Shown here: one piece after another, positions 8,300-17,068 of the stretch
Position numbering within the stretch: the stretch's first letter is position 1
Layout: every line of letters begins with the position of its first letter
DNA from: Coriobacteriales bacterium
GTDB lineage: Bacteria > Actinomycetota > Coriobacteriia > Anaerosomatales > JACRBU01
Direction of reading: 5' to 3'
Length of the DNA: 38,991 bases
Assembly: GCA_016213085.1 (NCBI GenBank)
Contig: JACRBU010000051.1
Span: 1-38,991 of the forward strand
Translations under genes and position numbers: made by a program
Notes under the pieces: generated by a model
What the model was told of the DNA's origin: nothing
Databases searched by the model: none
What the model saw: the letters and a program-made list of their open reading frames with translations, nothing else

Positions 8300-8878
8300 A
8301 TGGCCGACGACCGGGTGAGCTTCGAGCCGAAGAACCGTGCAGAGTGGAGAGACTGGCTCTCCGAGAACCATGCCTCGGCGTCGGGTGCGTGGGTCGTGAT
8401 CCACAAGAAGGCCAGTCCCGGGCCCGGAGTCTCCTATGTCGAGGCGGTCGAGGAGGCCTTGGCGTTCGGCTGGATCGACTCCAGGATGCATTCGGTCGAC
8501 GAGCACCGCTTCAGCCAGCTGTTCACGCCGCGAAGACCGGGCGGGTCGTGGTCGAAGTCGAACAAGGAGCGGGTGGCCCGCCTGGCCGCCCAGGGCCTCA
8601 TGCACCCGTCGGGAACGGCCGCGATCGAGGCCGCCAAGAAGGACGGGTCGTGGAGCACGCTCGATCCGATCGACAACCTCGAGGTGCCCGAGGACCTTTC
8701 TGAAGCGCTCGCCCGCGAGCCGGACGCGTCACGCACGTTCGACGCCTACTCGGCATCGAAGCAGCGGACGGCGATCGCATGGGTGCTCAGCGCGAAGCGG
8801 CCCGAGACGCGGGGGCGCCGGATCGCGGAGGTCGTCGAGCGCTCGCTGCGTGGCGAGAGATCACCGTTCCCGGAGTGA
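8300..8878 (+). CDS. YdeI/OmpD-associated family protein
   Basis: Motifs EWRDWL.ENH, EEALAFGWID, FTPRRPGGSWSKSNK, VPEDL and AKRPETRGRRI. RBS GGGAGG. Confidence 0.92.
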   Translation: MADDRVSFEPKNRAEWRDWLSENHASASGAWVVIHKKASPGPGVSYVEAVEEALAFGWIDSRMHSVDEHRFSQLFTPRRPGGSWSKSNKERVARLAAQGLMHPSGTAAIEAAKKDGSWSTLDPIDNLEVPEDLSEALAREPDASRTFDAYSASKQRTAIAWVLSAKRPETRGRRIAEVVERSLRGERSPFPE

Positions 8879-8886
8879 CAAGCGCA

Positions 8887-8927
8887 AGCAACCCGCGGCC
8901 TCCGTTGCGCGGGGCCCGCGGGTTGCT
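8887..8927. terminator. Hairpin between convergent genes, probable bidirectional terminator
   Basis: 12-bp perfect stem AGCAACCCGCGG / CCGCGGGTTGCT, with no U-tract. Confidence 0.65.
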
Positions 8928-8945
8928 CGGTGCGTTGCGGGTCCG

Positions 8946-9794
8946 CTAGACGACGGGCTCGGGTGCCGGCTGGAGTTCCGGCGCGGGCTCCTCGGCGGGG
9001 ATGTCCTCGTGGTCGTGCCCGGGAACGACCGGCATCTCCTTGATGCCGAAGAAGTCCAGCGTGCACGGGATGTCTTCCGAAGCCGCGAGGTAGAAGTGGA
9101 TCGTCATCATGATGATGAACATCCAGTTCAGGACGTAGTGGATCATCCTCGCGTACCACAGTGCCATCGGAGCCCCGCCCACGATCGGGCCGAGCCACCA
9201 TCCGATGAGGATGTCGCGCGGGCTCGCGCCGAAGATGATGTTGTAGCGGAGCAGCGCGAACCCGGTGAATACCTGGGCCAGCATCATCACGAGGAAGAGC
9301 ATGTAGCTCATCTTCTGCGCGACGTTGTACTTCGCGACGTGGGGCTTCTTGTTGCTGAAGTAGCCGTAGTAGGCGAGCACGCCGACGAGGCTCTGAAGGT
9401 CCTTCTTGCCGACCGCGAACTCCGGCCAGTCCTTGTTCTTCGACCAGAACGCGTACCAGACGCGCCACACGAGCGTGATCGTCACCACGATCATGAAGAA
9501 GTAGTGCGTGTTGCGCATGAACGTCCGAGCGCCCATCAGATGCGGGAAACGGATGTACATGCCGGTGATCGCGAGGATGATGATGCCGGCCATGTGCACG
9601 CCGTGGAGGAGCTTGGGCGTGAGCGGAGGCCGGTGGTCGTGTTCGGGCCACTGGTGCTCGATGAACTTCTTGCGGAAGCGGCCTTTGACGATGCCCACGC
9701 TGAAGTGGAAGACGACGAAGGCCAGTGCCGCCGCCCACACCAGTGCGAAGATGTTGTCCAACCAGACGTTGAAACTGACGAGCTTGTCTACCAT
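8946..9794 (-). CDS. Cytochrome b/b6 domain protein, Ni/Fe-hydrogenase b-type cytochrome-like
   Basis: Multiple TM helices with haem-ligand His residues (LLHGVH, NTHYFF, MIHY...IHFY) and the KYNVAQK motif. ATG 9794 after RBS GGGGAG. Confidence 0.85.
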   Translation of the reverse strand: MVDKLVSFNVWLDNIFALVWAAALAFVVFHFSVGIVKGRFRKKFIEHQWPEHDHRPPLTPKLLHGVHMAGIIILAITGMYIRFPHLMGARTFMRNTHYFFMIVVTITLVWRVWYAFWSKNKDWPEFAVGKKDLQSLVGVLAYYGYFSNKKPHVAKYNVAQKMSYMLFLVMMLAQVFTGFALLRYNIIFGASPRDILIGWWLGPIVGGAPMALWYARMIHYVLNWMFIIMMTIHFYLAASEDIPCTLDFFGIKEMPVVPGHDHEDIPAEEPAPELQPAPEPVV

Positions 9795-9920
9795 GGCTCC
9801 CCCTAGCCGCAAGGTCCCAGGACGCGGCATCGCGCCAGAGGTACTCTTCGGCAGGGATGCTCGATGCCCTGCGCGACATCGCGAGCAAGGCGGCGCGAAA
9901 CACCAGAAGGAGACGAGAAC

Positions 9921-10772
9921 GTGCTCGGTGACGTCATCGAGTTCCTCGCGTGCCCCCACTGCGGGCGGTCGCTGGAGCTGCGGGAACGTGTCGTCGCGTG
10001 CGCCTCAGGGCACTCGTTCGACGTGGCTCGGCAGGGCTACGTGAACCTGTTGCCGGGCGACGCGCGGGCGATGACCGCGGACAACACGGAGATGGTGTGG
10101 GCTCGTGCGGCGCTCCTGGACACGGGGCGATTCGCGCCGATCGCCGATGCCGTGGCTGCCGCGGCGCGCGGGGCCCAGGCGAGTGATCTGCCGGGCTGTG
10201 TCGTCGACGTCGGCGCCGGGACCGGGTACTACCTCGCACGCACCCTCGATGCACTGCCCGGTCTGGCCGGTCTGGCTCTCGACCTTTCGAAGGCGGCGGC
10301 GAGGAGAGCTGCTCGCGCTCACGTGCGAATCGGCGCGGCTGTCTGCGACACCTGGCACGCGCTGCCAGTTCGCGACGGTTCGGCCGCGCTTGTGCTCGAC
10401 ATCTTCGCTCCGCGGAATGCGGCTGAGTTCCATCGCGTGCTGACTGAGCGTGGACGCCTGATCGTCGTGACGCCGACCGGTGCGCACCTGCACGAGCTGG
10501 TAGAGGTGCTCGGGCTCGTCACGGTCGACGAAGACAAGGAGGCGCGGCTCGAACGTCAGCTGTCGGGGCTGTTCGAGCTGGAGCGTCTGGTGCCTGTCGA
10601 GCGGATGATGGAACTCACGCAGGAGGAGGTCGGCCTTCTCGTGCGAATGGGGCCGAGCGCGTGGCACGTGGACGCGCGGCGCGTGACCGAGGCGATTCGG
10701 GAGATGGTCGTCCCGGCGCGGGTTACGCTGTCTGCGAGGATCGCCACATATAGGCGGGTCGGGGGGAGTTAG
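9921..10772 (+). CDS. rlmA: 23S rRNA m1G745/748 methyltransferase RlmA-like
   Basis: Zn finger CPHC...CASGHSFDVARQGYVNLL, SAM motif VDVGAGTGYY, IFAPRN and MGP. RBS AAGGAG. Confidence 0.85.
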   Translation: MLGDVIEFLACPHCGRSLELRERVVACASGHSFDVARQGYVNLLPGDARAMTADNTEMVWARAALLDTGRFAPIADAVAAAARGAQASDLPGCVVDVGAGTGYYLARTLDALPGLAGLALDLSKAAARRAARAHVRIGAAVCDTWHALPVRDGSAALVLDIFAPRNAAEFHRVLTERGRLIVVTPTGAHLHELVEVLGLVTVDEDKEARLERQLSGLFELERLVPVERMMELTQEEVGLLVRMGPSAWHVDARRVTEAIREMVVPARVTLSARIATYRRVGGS

Positions 10773-10811
10773 ACCTTGCATTTCGGTCACGTCGTGGCGA
10801 AAATGCAAGGT
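10773..10811 (+). promoter_or_regulatory. Inverted repeat overlapping a putative promoter for the AAA+/DUF4143 gene
   Basis: 11-bp perfect IR ACCTTGCATTT / AAATGCAAGGT containing TTGCAT-N17-GAAAAT. The ATG follows immediately at 10812. Confidence 0.55.
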
Positions 10812-12083
10812 ATGAAGATGCTCAGGCGACACGCATGCCAGAGAATCGTGCAGCTACTGGCGTCGTTCCCGCTCGTCGCCGTGACGGGTGCGCGTCAGGT
10901 CGGGAAGTCGACCCTCGCCCAGCAAGTGCTGGGTGACATCGACGGCACGTACGTCACGCTCGATGACCCGGCGGCGCTGACGCGGGCAACGGAGGATCCG
11001 GTCGGATTCGTGCGACGCGCCGATGGGCTACTCGTCATCGACGAGATCCAGCTAGCGCCACAGCTCCTGCCGGTGATCAAGGCGGAGATCGACAGGGACC
11101 GCCACGCGGGGCGCTTTCTCATCACAGGTTCGGCTAATCTCCTCCGAATGCGCTCGGTGACTGAGAGCTTGGCAGGGCGCTCTGCCTGGTTCGAGCTGCC
11201 GCCGCTCCTGTGGTCGGAGATCGTGGCGCAGGCGCCGCCTAACACGATCGATCAGGCGTTTGCTGCCGCCGACGCCGCGACGTTCGTTTCCGCCCTTCGG
11301 CCGCCGAGTGAGGGCCATGCAGACGTCGCGAGGCGACGAGCGATCGAGGGAGGCATGCCGGAGCCGCTCCGACTGGATCCGAGTATGCGGAGCGTGTGGT
11401 ACGACGCATACCGGCAGACCTTCCTCGAACGCGACCTCCGTCAGCTTTCGCATATCGCCAGCCTGCCGGACTTTCATCGCTTGTCGACGCTCGCGCTGTT
11501 GCGCACCTCGGGCCTGCTCAACGTGAGCGACCTCGCATCGGATGCAGGGCTCACTCACGCGACAGCGCGGCGTTACCTGAACATCTTGGAGGTCGCGTAC
11601 CAGGTTTCGGAGCTGGGCCCGTACTTCGCAAACATCGGCAAACGTCTGGTCAAGCGGCCGAAGCTGTACGCCAACGACGTGGGCATGGCGTCACACGTCG
11701 CCAACATCGACACGTGGGATGTCGCCCAGGCCGCCGCGAAGGCCGGCGCGCTGATGGAGACCTGGGTCGTAAGCGAGCTTCGGGCCGCGGACGAGTTGTC
11801 ATCGAGGCGCTCGGCGGTTCACTACTGGCGCACTTCGGCCGGTGCTGAAGTGGACGTGGTCCTCGAGCGTGGCGCCGAAGTGGTAGCCATCGAAGTGAAG
11901 TCCGCCGCGACGGTCCGCTGGCGTGAGACGCTAGGCATCCGCACCCTGAGGGAAGACCTCGGTGAGAGATTCAAGCTCGGGATCGTTGCATATCTGGGCG
12001 ACGAGCTGAGGCTCCTCGACGATTCTCTGTGCTTGGTGCCTATCGCATCCCTTCTCGGCGCGACACATACGTCCGAGCCATGA
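10812..12083 (+). CDS. AAA+ ATPase (AAA_14) with DUF4143 and a C-terminal PD-(D/E)xK-like domain
   Basis: Walker A GARQVGKST, Walker B VIDEIQ, TGSA..ESLAGR, KRLVKRPKLY and EVDVV...IEVK. Start may be 10803, 10812 or 10818. Confidence 0.9.
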   Translation: MKMLRRHACQRIVQLLASFPLVAVTGARQVGKSTLAQQVLGDIDGTYVTLDDPAALTRATEDPVGFVRRADGLLVIDEIQLAPQLLPVIKAEIDRDRHAGRFLITGSANLLRMRSVTESLAGRSAWFELPPLLWSEIVAQAPPNTIDQAFAAADAATFVSALRPPSEGHADVARRRAIEGGMPEPLRLDPSMRSVWYDAYRQTFLERDLRQLSHIASLPDFHRLSTLALLRTSGLLNVSDLASDAGLTHATARRYLNILEVAYQVSELGPYFANIGKRLVKRPKLYANDVGMASHVANIDTWDVAQAAAKAGALMETWVVSELRAADELSSRRSAVHYWRTSAGAEVDVVLERGAEVVAIEVKSAATVRWRETLGIRTLREDLGERFKLGIVAYLGDELRLLDDSLCLVPIASLLGATHTSEP

Positions 12084-12176
12084 GTGCCACCAGCACGACG
12101 ACGCCACCTGCAGCGTGACGCCTCCTTGCTTCACGGACCCGTTCCGGCCAGTTCGGCAGAGAACGCCCTCCTCCTC

Positions 12177-12205
12177 TTGTGAGGCACCGCTGCGCGTACT
12201 ACGAT
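12177..12205 (+). promoter_or_regulatory. Housekeeping-sigma promoter of the thi operon
   Basis: TTGTGA-N17-TACGAT directly upstream of the riboswitch. Confidence 0.6.
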
Positions 12206-12221
12206 GCGCAGCACGAATCGA

Positions 12222-12335
12222 ATACGACGCGGGAGCTGCTGCATAGGCGGCTGAGAGGGAAGGCCTCACCTTCCGACCGTTCGAACCTGTACGGCGCGCG
12301 AGCGCTCTGGGTAATGCCAGCGCAGGGATTGTGGC
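12222..12335 (+). ncRNA. TPP riboswitch (THI element) with an extra hairpin between P4 and P5
   Basis: GGGAGC...GCTGAGAG...GACCG..GAACCTG...CTGGGTAATGCCAGCGCAGGGA, upstream of thiM. Confidence 0.95.
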
Positions 12336-12338
12336 CTT

Positions 12339-12378
12339 AGAGGACCGCTCTCATTGCGAGGCGGTTCTCTTTTGTTTT
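12339..12378 (+). terminator. Intrinsic terminator, the riboswitch expression platform
   Basis: Stem AGAGGACCGC / GCGGTTCTCT (one G-U pair) followed by TTTGTTTT, upstream of the thiM RBS. Confidence 0.85.
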
Positions 12379-12398
12379 CGGAGCGAAGGAGTCATCAC

Positions 12399-13202
12399 AT
12401 GGACTACGGTCGTCGGACGTCCGCGGATCTCGAGAAGATCCGCCAGAGCAAGCCGCTCATCCACAACATCACCAACCTCGTCGTCATGAACGAGACGGCG
12501 AATGCGATCCTCGCGCTCGGCGCACTGCCGGTCATGGCGCACGCGTTCGAGGAGGTCGAGGAGTTCGCCGCTATGTCCGGTGCGCTCGTGCTCAACATCG
12601 GGACGCTCACGCCAGAGCTCGTGGACGCCATGGTGATGGCGGGCAAGGCGGCGAACGCGGCGGGTACGCCGGTCGTATTCGACCCCGTCGGCGCCGGCGC
12701 GACGGGGCTTCGCAACCGGGCGGCCGCTCGGATACTCGACGAGGTCGACATAGCGATCGTCCGCGGCAACGCTGCGGAGGTCGCGTTCCTCGCGGGCGAG
12801 GCAGCCGAGATTCGAGGCGTCGAGTCGATCGGCGCCCACGACGACGTGCCGGCTGTGGCGCGCACGCTGGCGCGCGAGCGTGGGTGCGCGGTCGCGGTCA
12901 CGGGCGCCATCGACGTCGTCGCCGATGCGGACCGGGTGTTCGAGGTCCGCAACGGTCACGCCCTGATGGGGGCGATCACCGGCTCCGGCTGCATGTCGAC
13001 GACGATGTGCGCGTCCTTCGCCTCCGTGGGCGAAGATCCCGCCCTCGCGGCCGCCGAGGCGCTTGCGGCCTTCGGCCTGGCAGGCGAGCGGGCCGCCGAG
13101 AACGCCTCGGGTCCCGGCACCTTCCACGCCGCGCTCTACGACGCGCTCGCCGCGCTCGATGCGTCCAGCATCGAAGCGGGCGCGCGCATCTCGGAGGCCT
13201 AG
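12399..13202 (+). CDS. thiM: Hydroxyethylthiazole kinase
   Basis: Motifs PLIHNITNLV, NIGT, DPVGAGAT, RGNAAE and ITGSGC. RBS AAGGAG. Confidence 0.96.
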   Translation: MDYGRRTSADLEKIRQSKPLIHNITNLVVMNETANAILALGALPVMAHAFEEVEEFAAMSGALVLNIGTLTPELVDAMVMAGKAANAAGTPVVFDPVGAGATGLRNRAAARILDEVDIAIVRGNAAEVAFLAGEAAEIRGVESIGAHDDVPAVARTLARERGCAVAVTGAIDVVADADRVFEVRNGHALMGAITGSGCMSTTMCASFASVGEDPALAAAEALAAFGLAGERAAENASGPGTFHAALYDALAALDASSIEAGARISEA

Positions 13203-13203
13203 G

Positions 13204-13860
13204 ATGCGCAAGGCCGCCCGGATCCGAGGGCTCTACTTCGTGACCGCCGAAGATCTCGAGCTCGGCCGGTCGCACGATGCGCTCGCGAAACAGGCGCTCG
13301 AAGGCGGAGCCCGCGTCGTCCAGTACCGCGAGAAGCGCCGACCGGCTCGGTACGTCGAGACGGCGCTCGCGGTGCGCGACGCGTGCCGAGCGGCTGGCGC
13401 GCTCTTCGTCGTGAACGACGACGCTCAGCTCGCGGTAGATCTCGACGCGGACGGGCTTCACCTCGGCCAGAGCGATCTCGGCCAGCTCGATCGTGGGGCG
13501 CTGCCCGAATCGATGGTGCTCGGCATCTCCGCCTCGTCGCTCGCCCAAGCGGAGCATGCCTGCTCGCTCGGAGCGGACTACCTCGGCGTCGGACCCGTGT
13601 TCGCCACGCCGAGCAAGCACGACGCGGCGCCGCCGATGGGCATCGACGGGCTCGCTGCCGTTCGGCAGGCATTCGACGTCCCGATCGCCGCAATCGGCGG
13701 TGTCTCGCACGAGAACGCGGCCGACGTGCTCGCGGCGGGGGCCGATGCGATATGCGTGATCTCCGCGATCTCACGGGCCGAGGACCCCCGAGCGGCCGCG
13801 CGCCTGCTCGCCGACCTCGCCGAAGTCTCGCAGCCAACCACCTTTGGAGGTGTTTCGTGA
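13204..13860 (+). CDS. thiE: Thiamine-phosphate synthase
   Basis: Motifs VQYREK, VND, GLHLGQSD, GPVFATPSK and AIGG. Confidence 0.96.
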   Translation: MRKAARIRGLYFVTAEDLELGRSHDALAKQALEGGARVVQYREKRRPARYVETALAVRDACRAAGALFVVNDDAQLAVDLDADGLHLGQSDLGQLDRGALPESMVLGISASSLAQAEHACSLGADYLGVGPVFATPSKHDAAPPMGIDGLAAVRQAFDVPIAAIGGVSHENAADVLAAGADAICVISAISRAEDPRAAARLLADLAEVSQPTTFGGVS

Positions 13861-15137
13861 TGCCCGCTTCCCGCTACGCCGCCTCGATCCCCGATGCAGC
13901 GGTCCAGGCCGCCGCCGCTGCGGAGGGCGTGAGCCCCCAAGCGCTACAGGACGCGCTTGCCGAAGGCACGGCGGTCATCGTCGCGTCGCATTCGCGTCGA
14001 GGCATCGTCCGGCCGTGCGTCGTGGGCGCTGGCGTTCGCACGAAGGTCAACGCGAACATCGGGACCTCGGCGGTCTCGTCGGACTTCGAGAGCGAACTCG
14101 TCAAGCTCGACGCCGCGATCGCGGCCGGCACGGACGTGGTCATGGACCTTTCCACGGGCCCCGGTAGCGAACGGGTGCGCGCAGCGGTTCTCGAGCGCTC
14201 CGCCGTCGCGGTGGGAAGCGTTCCGATCTACGAGGCCGCTGTGCACGCGGCGGGGAACGGCGGCATCGTCAGCATGACCTCGGACGCGATGATCGAGGCG
14301 GTTCGGCGTCATGCACGGGAAGGCGTGGACTTCCAGACGATCCACGCATCGCTCACGAAGGCACAGGCCGATGCGCCTCACGTTGCGGCGAGGACCACGG
14401 GCATCGTCTCGCGCGGCGGTGCGCTGCTCGCGTGCTGGATGCGCGACAACGACGCCGAGAACCCCTACTACGAGCGGTTCGACGAGGTGCTGGAGATCTG
14501 TCGCGAGCACGGTGTCGTGCTCAGCCTCGGCGACGCCCTTCGGCCCGGCTGTCTGGCCGACGCGGGCGACGAAGCGCAGATGGGCGAGCTCGACGTGATC
14601 GCCGAACTCGTCGACCGCGCGCGGGAAGCCGGGGTCGGCGTCATCGTCGAGGGGCCCGGACACGTGCCGCTCGCCGACATCGAGACGCAGGTCCGCACGA
14701 TCAAGTCCGTCTGCAAGGGCGCGCCGCTCTACGTCCTCGGTCCGCTCGTCGTCGACGTGGCGCCCGGCTACGACCACATCACCTCCGCGATCGGCGGGGC
14801 CGTCGCCGCGTCGGCGGGGGCGGACTTCCTGTGTTACGTCACCCGCGCCGAGCACGTATGCTTGCCGAAGGCCGACGACGTCTTCGAGGGCGTGGTCGCA
14901 TCGCGGATAGCCGCTCACGCCGGCGACCTCGCGAAGGGCCTGCCGGGCGCTCGCGATTGGGACGACTCGATGGCGCGTGCCCGCAAGGCGCTCGACTGGC
15001 TCGGTCAGTTCCGGCTGTCGATGGACGCCGAAAGGCCGCAGGCGATGCGGGCGAGCTCGGGCCTGGCCGAAGACGAGGAATGCTCCATGTGCGGACCCTA
15101 CTGCGCGATGCGCGTCAGCGACGGCGCCGCCACGTAG
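13860..15137 (+). CDS. thiC: Phosphomethylpyrimidine synthase, short anaerobe/archaeal-type ThiC
   Basis: Motifs KVNANIGTS, MDLS, GSVPIYE, VSRGG, SLGDALRPG, EGPGHVP, GYDHIT and C-terminal CSMCGPYC. The TPP-riboswitch context favours ThiC over BzaA/B/F. Confidence 0.93.
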   Translation: MPASRYAASIPDAAVQAAAAAEGVSPQALQDALAEGTAVIVASHSRRGIVRPCVVGAGVRTKVNANIGTSAVSSDFESELVKLDAAIAAGTDVVMDLSTGPGSERVRAAVLERSAVAVGSVPIYEAAVHAAGNGGIVSMTSDAMIEAVRRHAREGVDFQTIHASLTKAQADAPHVAARTTGIVSRGGALLACWMRDNDAENPYYERFDEVLEICREHGVVLSLGDALRPGCLADAGDEAQMGELDVIAELVDRAREAGVGVIVEGPGHVPLADIETQVRTIKSVCKGAPLYVLGPLVVDVAPGYDHITSAIGGAVAASAGADFLCYVTRAEHVCLPKADDVFEGVVASRIAAHAGDLAKGLPGARDWDDSMARARKALDWLGQFRLSMDAERPQAMRASSGLAEDEECSMCGPYCAMRVSDGAAT

Positions 15138-15186
15138 GGCACGCAGCGAAACGGGGACGACGTCCCCGTGCGATCGAGGAGGAGCC

Positions 15187-16188
15187 GTGACGGATCTCTC
15201 TGCGCTCGGCGAGTTCGGCGTGATCGAGCGCTTCGCAGGGAAGCTCCCGGCCGGTCGGGACGTGGTGGTGGGCCTTGGCGACGATGGCGCCGTCGTGAGG
15301 TGCGGCGAACGCGACCTGATCTTAGCGACCGACCTCCTCGTCGAGGGGCGCCACTTCCTTCGCGAGGCGATCGATCCGGCTGATCTCGGCTACAAGGCGC
15401 TCGCCGTGAACGCGAGCGACATCGCGGCCATGGGGGGCGTGCCCGACCACGCGCTCGTCTCGCTCGCGCTTCCTGCGGACTTGGACGTCGACTACCTCGA
15501 CCGCCTGAGCCAGGGATTCGCCGAGGCGTGCGTGCGTTTCGGGATCGGCATCGCCGGAGGCGACACCACGCGAGGCGACGGGATCGTCATCAACGTCGCG
15601 CTCACGGGCCACCTCGAGGCCGGGACCGCTCCCGTCACGCGCGCAGGCGCGCAATCGGGCGACTTGGTCTGCGTCACGAACGACCTGGGGGATTCCGACG
15701 GAGGGCTGCGCCTGACGCTCGCGGGCCGGGCCGACACGACCTCCACTGAAGGCCGAGCGCTCCTCCGCGCGCATACTCGGCCGCTGCCTCGGCTCGCGGA
15801 GGGGTTGGCGGCCGCCCGTCACGGCGCGTCGGCCATGATCGACCTCTCGGACGGATTGCTCGCGGATCTCGGCCACATCTGCGCTGCGAGCGGTGTCGGA
15901 GCGGAGATCGACGCGGAATCGCTTCCCATGTCGGACGCTTTGCGCGCGGTCGCCGGGGAGCTCGGATACGACCCGCTCGAGTCGGCGCTTGCGGGAGGGG
16001 AGGACTACGAGCTCCTCATGACCGTGTCGCCGGAATGCGTCGAGGGACTGCAGGACGCCGTCGAGGTTGCGGGCAGCTCGCTCGCGACCATAGGACGCAT
16101 CACATCGGGTGACAGCGTGACGGTCATCGGTGCTGTCGCCACGCGATCCGGCTGGGACCACTTCGCGGGGAAGGGCCAAGATGCTTAG
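15187..16188 (+). CDS. thiL: Thiamine-monophosphate kinase
   Basis: Motifs GEF..I, GDDGA, NASDIAAMGG, GGDT, IDLSDGL, GGEDYEL and GWDHF. RBS GAGGAGGAG. Confidence 0.95.
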   Translation: MTDLSALGEFGVIERFAGKLPAGRDVVVGLGDDGAVVRCGERDLILATDLLVEGRHFLREAIDPADLGYKALAVNASDIAAMGGVPDHALVSLALPADLDVDYLDRLSQGFAEACVRFGIGIAGGDTTRGDGIVINVALTGHLEAGTAPVTRAGAQSGDLVCVTNDLGDSDGGLRLTLAGRADTTSTEGRALLRAHTRPLPRLAEGLAAARHGASAMIDLSDGLLADLGHICAASGVGAEIDAESLPMSDALRAVAGELGYDPLESALAGGEDYELLMTVSPECVEGLQDAVEVAGSSLATIGRITSGDSVTVIGAVATRSGWDHFAGKGQDA

Positions 16189-16996
16189 GGGCGGCTGGCA
16201 GGCAGGCGAGCGTCGAGCCCTCGCGATCGGCGGCCTCGATCCTTCGGCAGGGGCGGGCGTGCTGCTCGACGCCTTCACGTTCGCAGCGGTCGGTCTCGCT
16301 CCCTTGGTGGCCGTCACGACGGTCACGGCGCAGAACTCGAGCGATTTCGCGGGCGCGTGGCCCGTCGAGCGCGAGATCCTGCAAGCTCAGCTCAGCTCGG
16401 TCCTCGATGACGGGCCGATCGCGTGCGTCAAGGTCGGCGCCATCGGCAGCATCGATGCCGCCGAGGCGGTCGCCACGTGGATCGGCGAGAATCGCCCTCG
16501 CGTGGTCGTCGTCGATCCGGTCGTGACGAGTTCGAGCGGCGGTTCGCTCGTTACCGCGGGATCACCCAGTGTCGCCGTGCAGACGCTTCTCAGTGCCGCC
16601 GACGTCATCACGCCGAACGCTGCCGAGGCCGCCGCGCTCTCGGGCGTGCCTGTCGACGATGCCGAGGGGGCAGCTCGCGCCGCCCTCGCCCTTTCGAACC
16701 GGCTCGGCTGCGCGGTTCTCGTGACGGGCATCCGAGCCGGTGACGATGGGGCGACGGACGTGCTTGCGCGGAACGGCGCCATCTCGCGTCACACGCATCC
16801 GCTCGTGTCCGGCGTCGGAGACGTCCGGGGGACCGGTTGCATGCTCTCGACCGCGCTCTGCGCCCACATGGCGCTCGGCCGAGCGCTCTCCGATGCGGTC
16901 GACGCGGCGCACGCGACCGTCGCGGAGCTGGTGACCCACGCACGCCCGCTCGGGCGTCGGAGGCTGCAGGTCGACTTGGGCGAGCTGCTTCGGTAG
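16181..16996 (+). CDS. thiD: Hydroxymethylpyrimidine/phosphomethylpyrimidine kinase
   Basis: Motifs GGLDPSAGAG, TAQN, VDPV, TPNAAEA and GTGC. Overlaps the thiL stop. Confidence 0.93.
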   Translation: MLRGGWQAGERRALAIGGLDPSAGAGVLLDAFTFAAVGLAPLVAVTTVTAQNSSDFAGAWPVEREILQAQLSSVLDDGPIACVKVGAIGSIDAAEAVATWIGENRPRVVVVDPVVTSSSGGSLVTAGSPSVAVQTLLSAADVITPNAAEAAALSGVPVDDAEGAARAALALSNRLGCAVLVTGIRAGDDGATDVLARNGAISRHTHPLVSGVGDVRGTGCMLSTALCAHMALGRALSDAVDAAHATVAELVTHARPLGRRRLQVDLGELLR

Positions 16997-17068
16997 GGCG
17001 CTCGGGAGTTAATGGTCGGTGTACAGGGTTTGCCTGTACCGCCCCTCTCGGCTGGGTATACCAAGGTC

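Noticed and set aside
13860-15137. Possible BzaA/B/F (benzimidazole synthesis) instead of ThiC, and an apparently odd CX2CX3C motif
   Set aside because: The gene is flanked by thi genes under a TPP riboswitch, and this Cys spacing is normal for short-form ThiC.
17017-17043. Small hairpin GTACAGG/CCTGTAC after thiD as the operon terminator, and GGTTT as a -35 for GGGTAT
   Set aside because: The stem is short with no U-tract, and the GGTTT-to-GGGTAT spacing of about 22 nt is too long for a SigB/SigF-type promoter.
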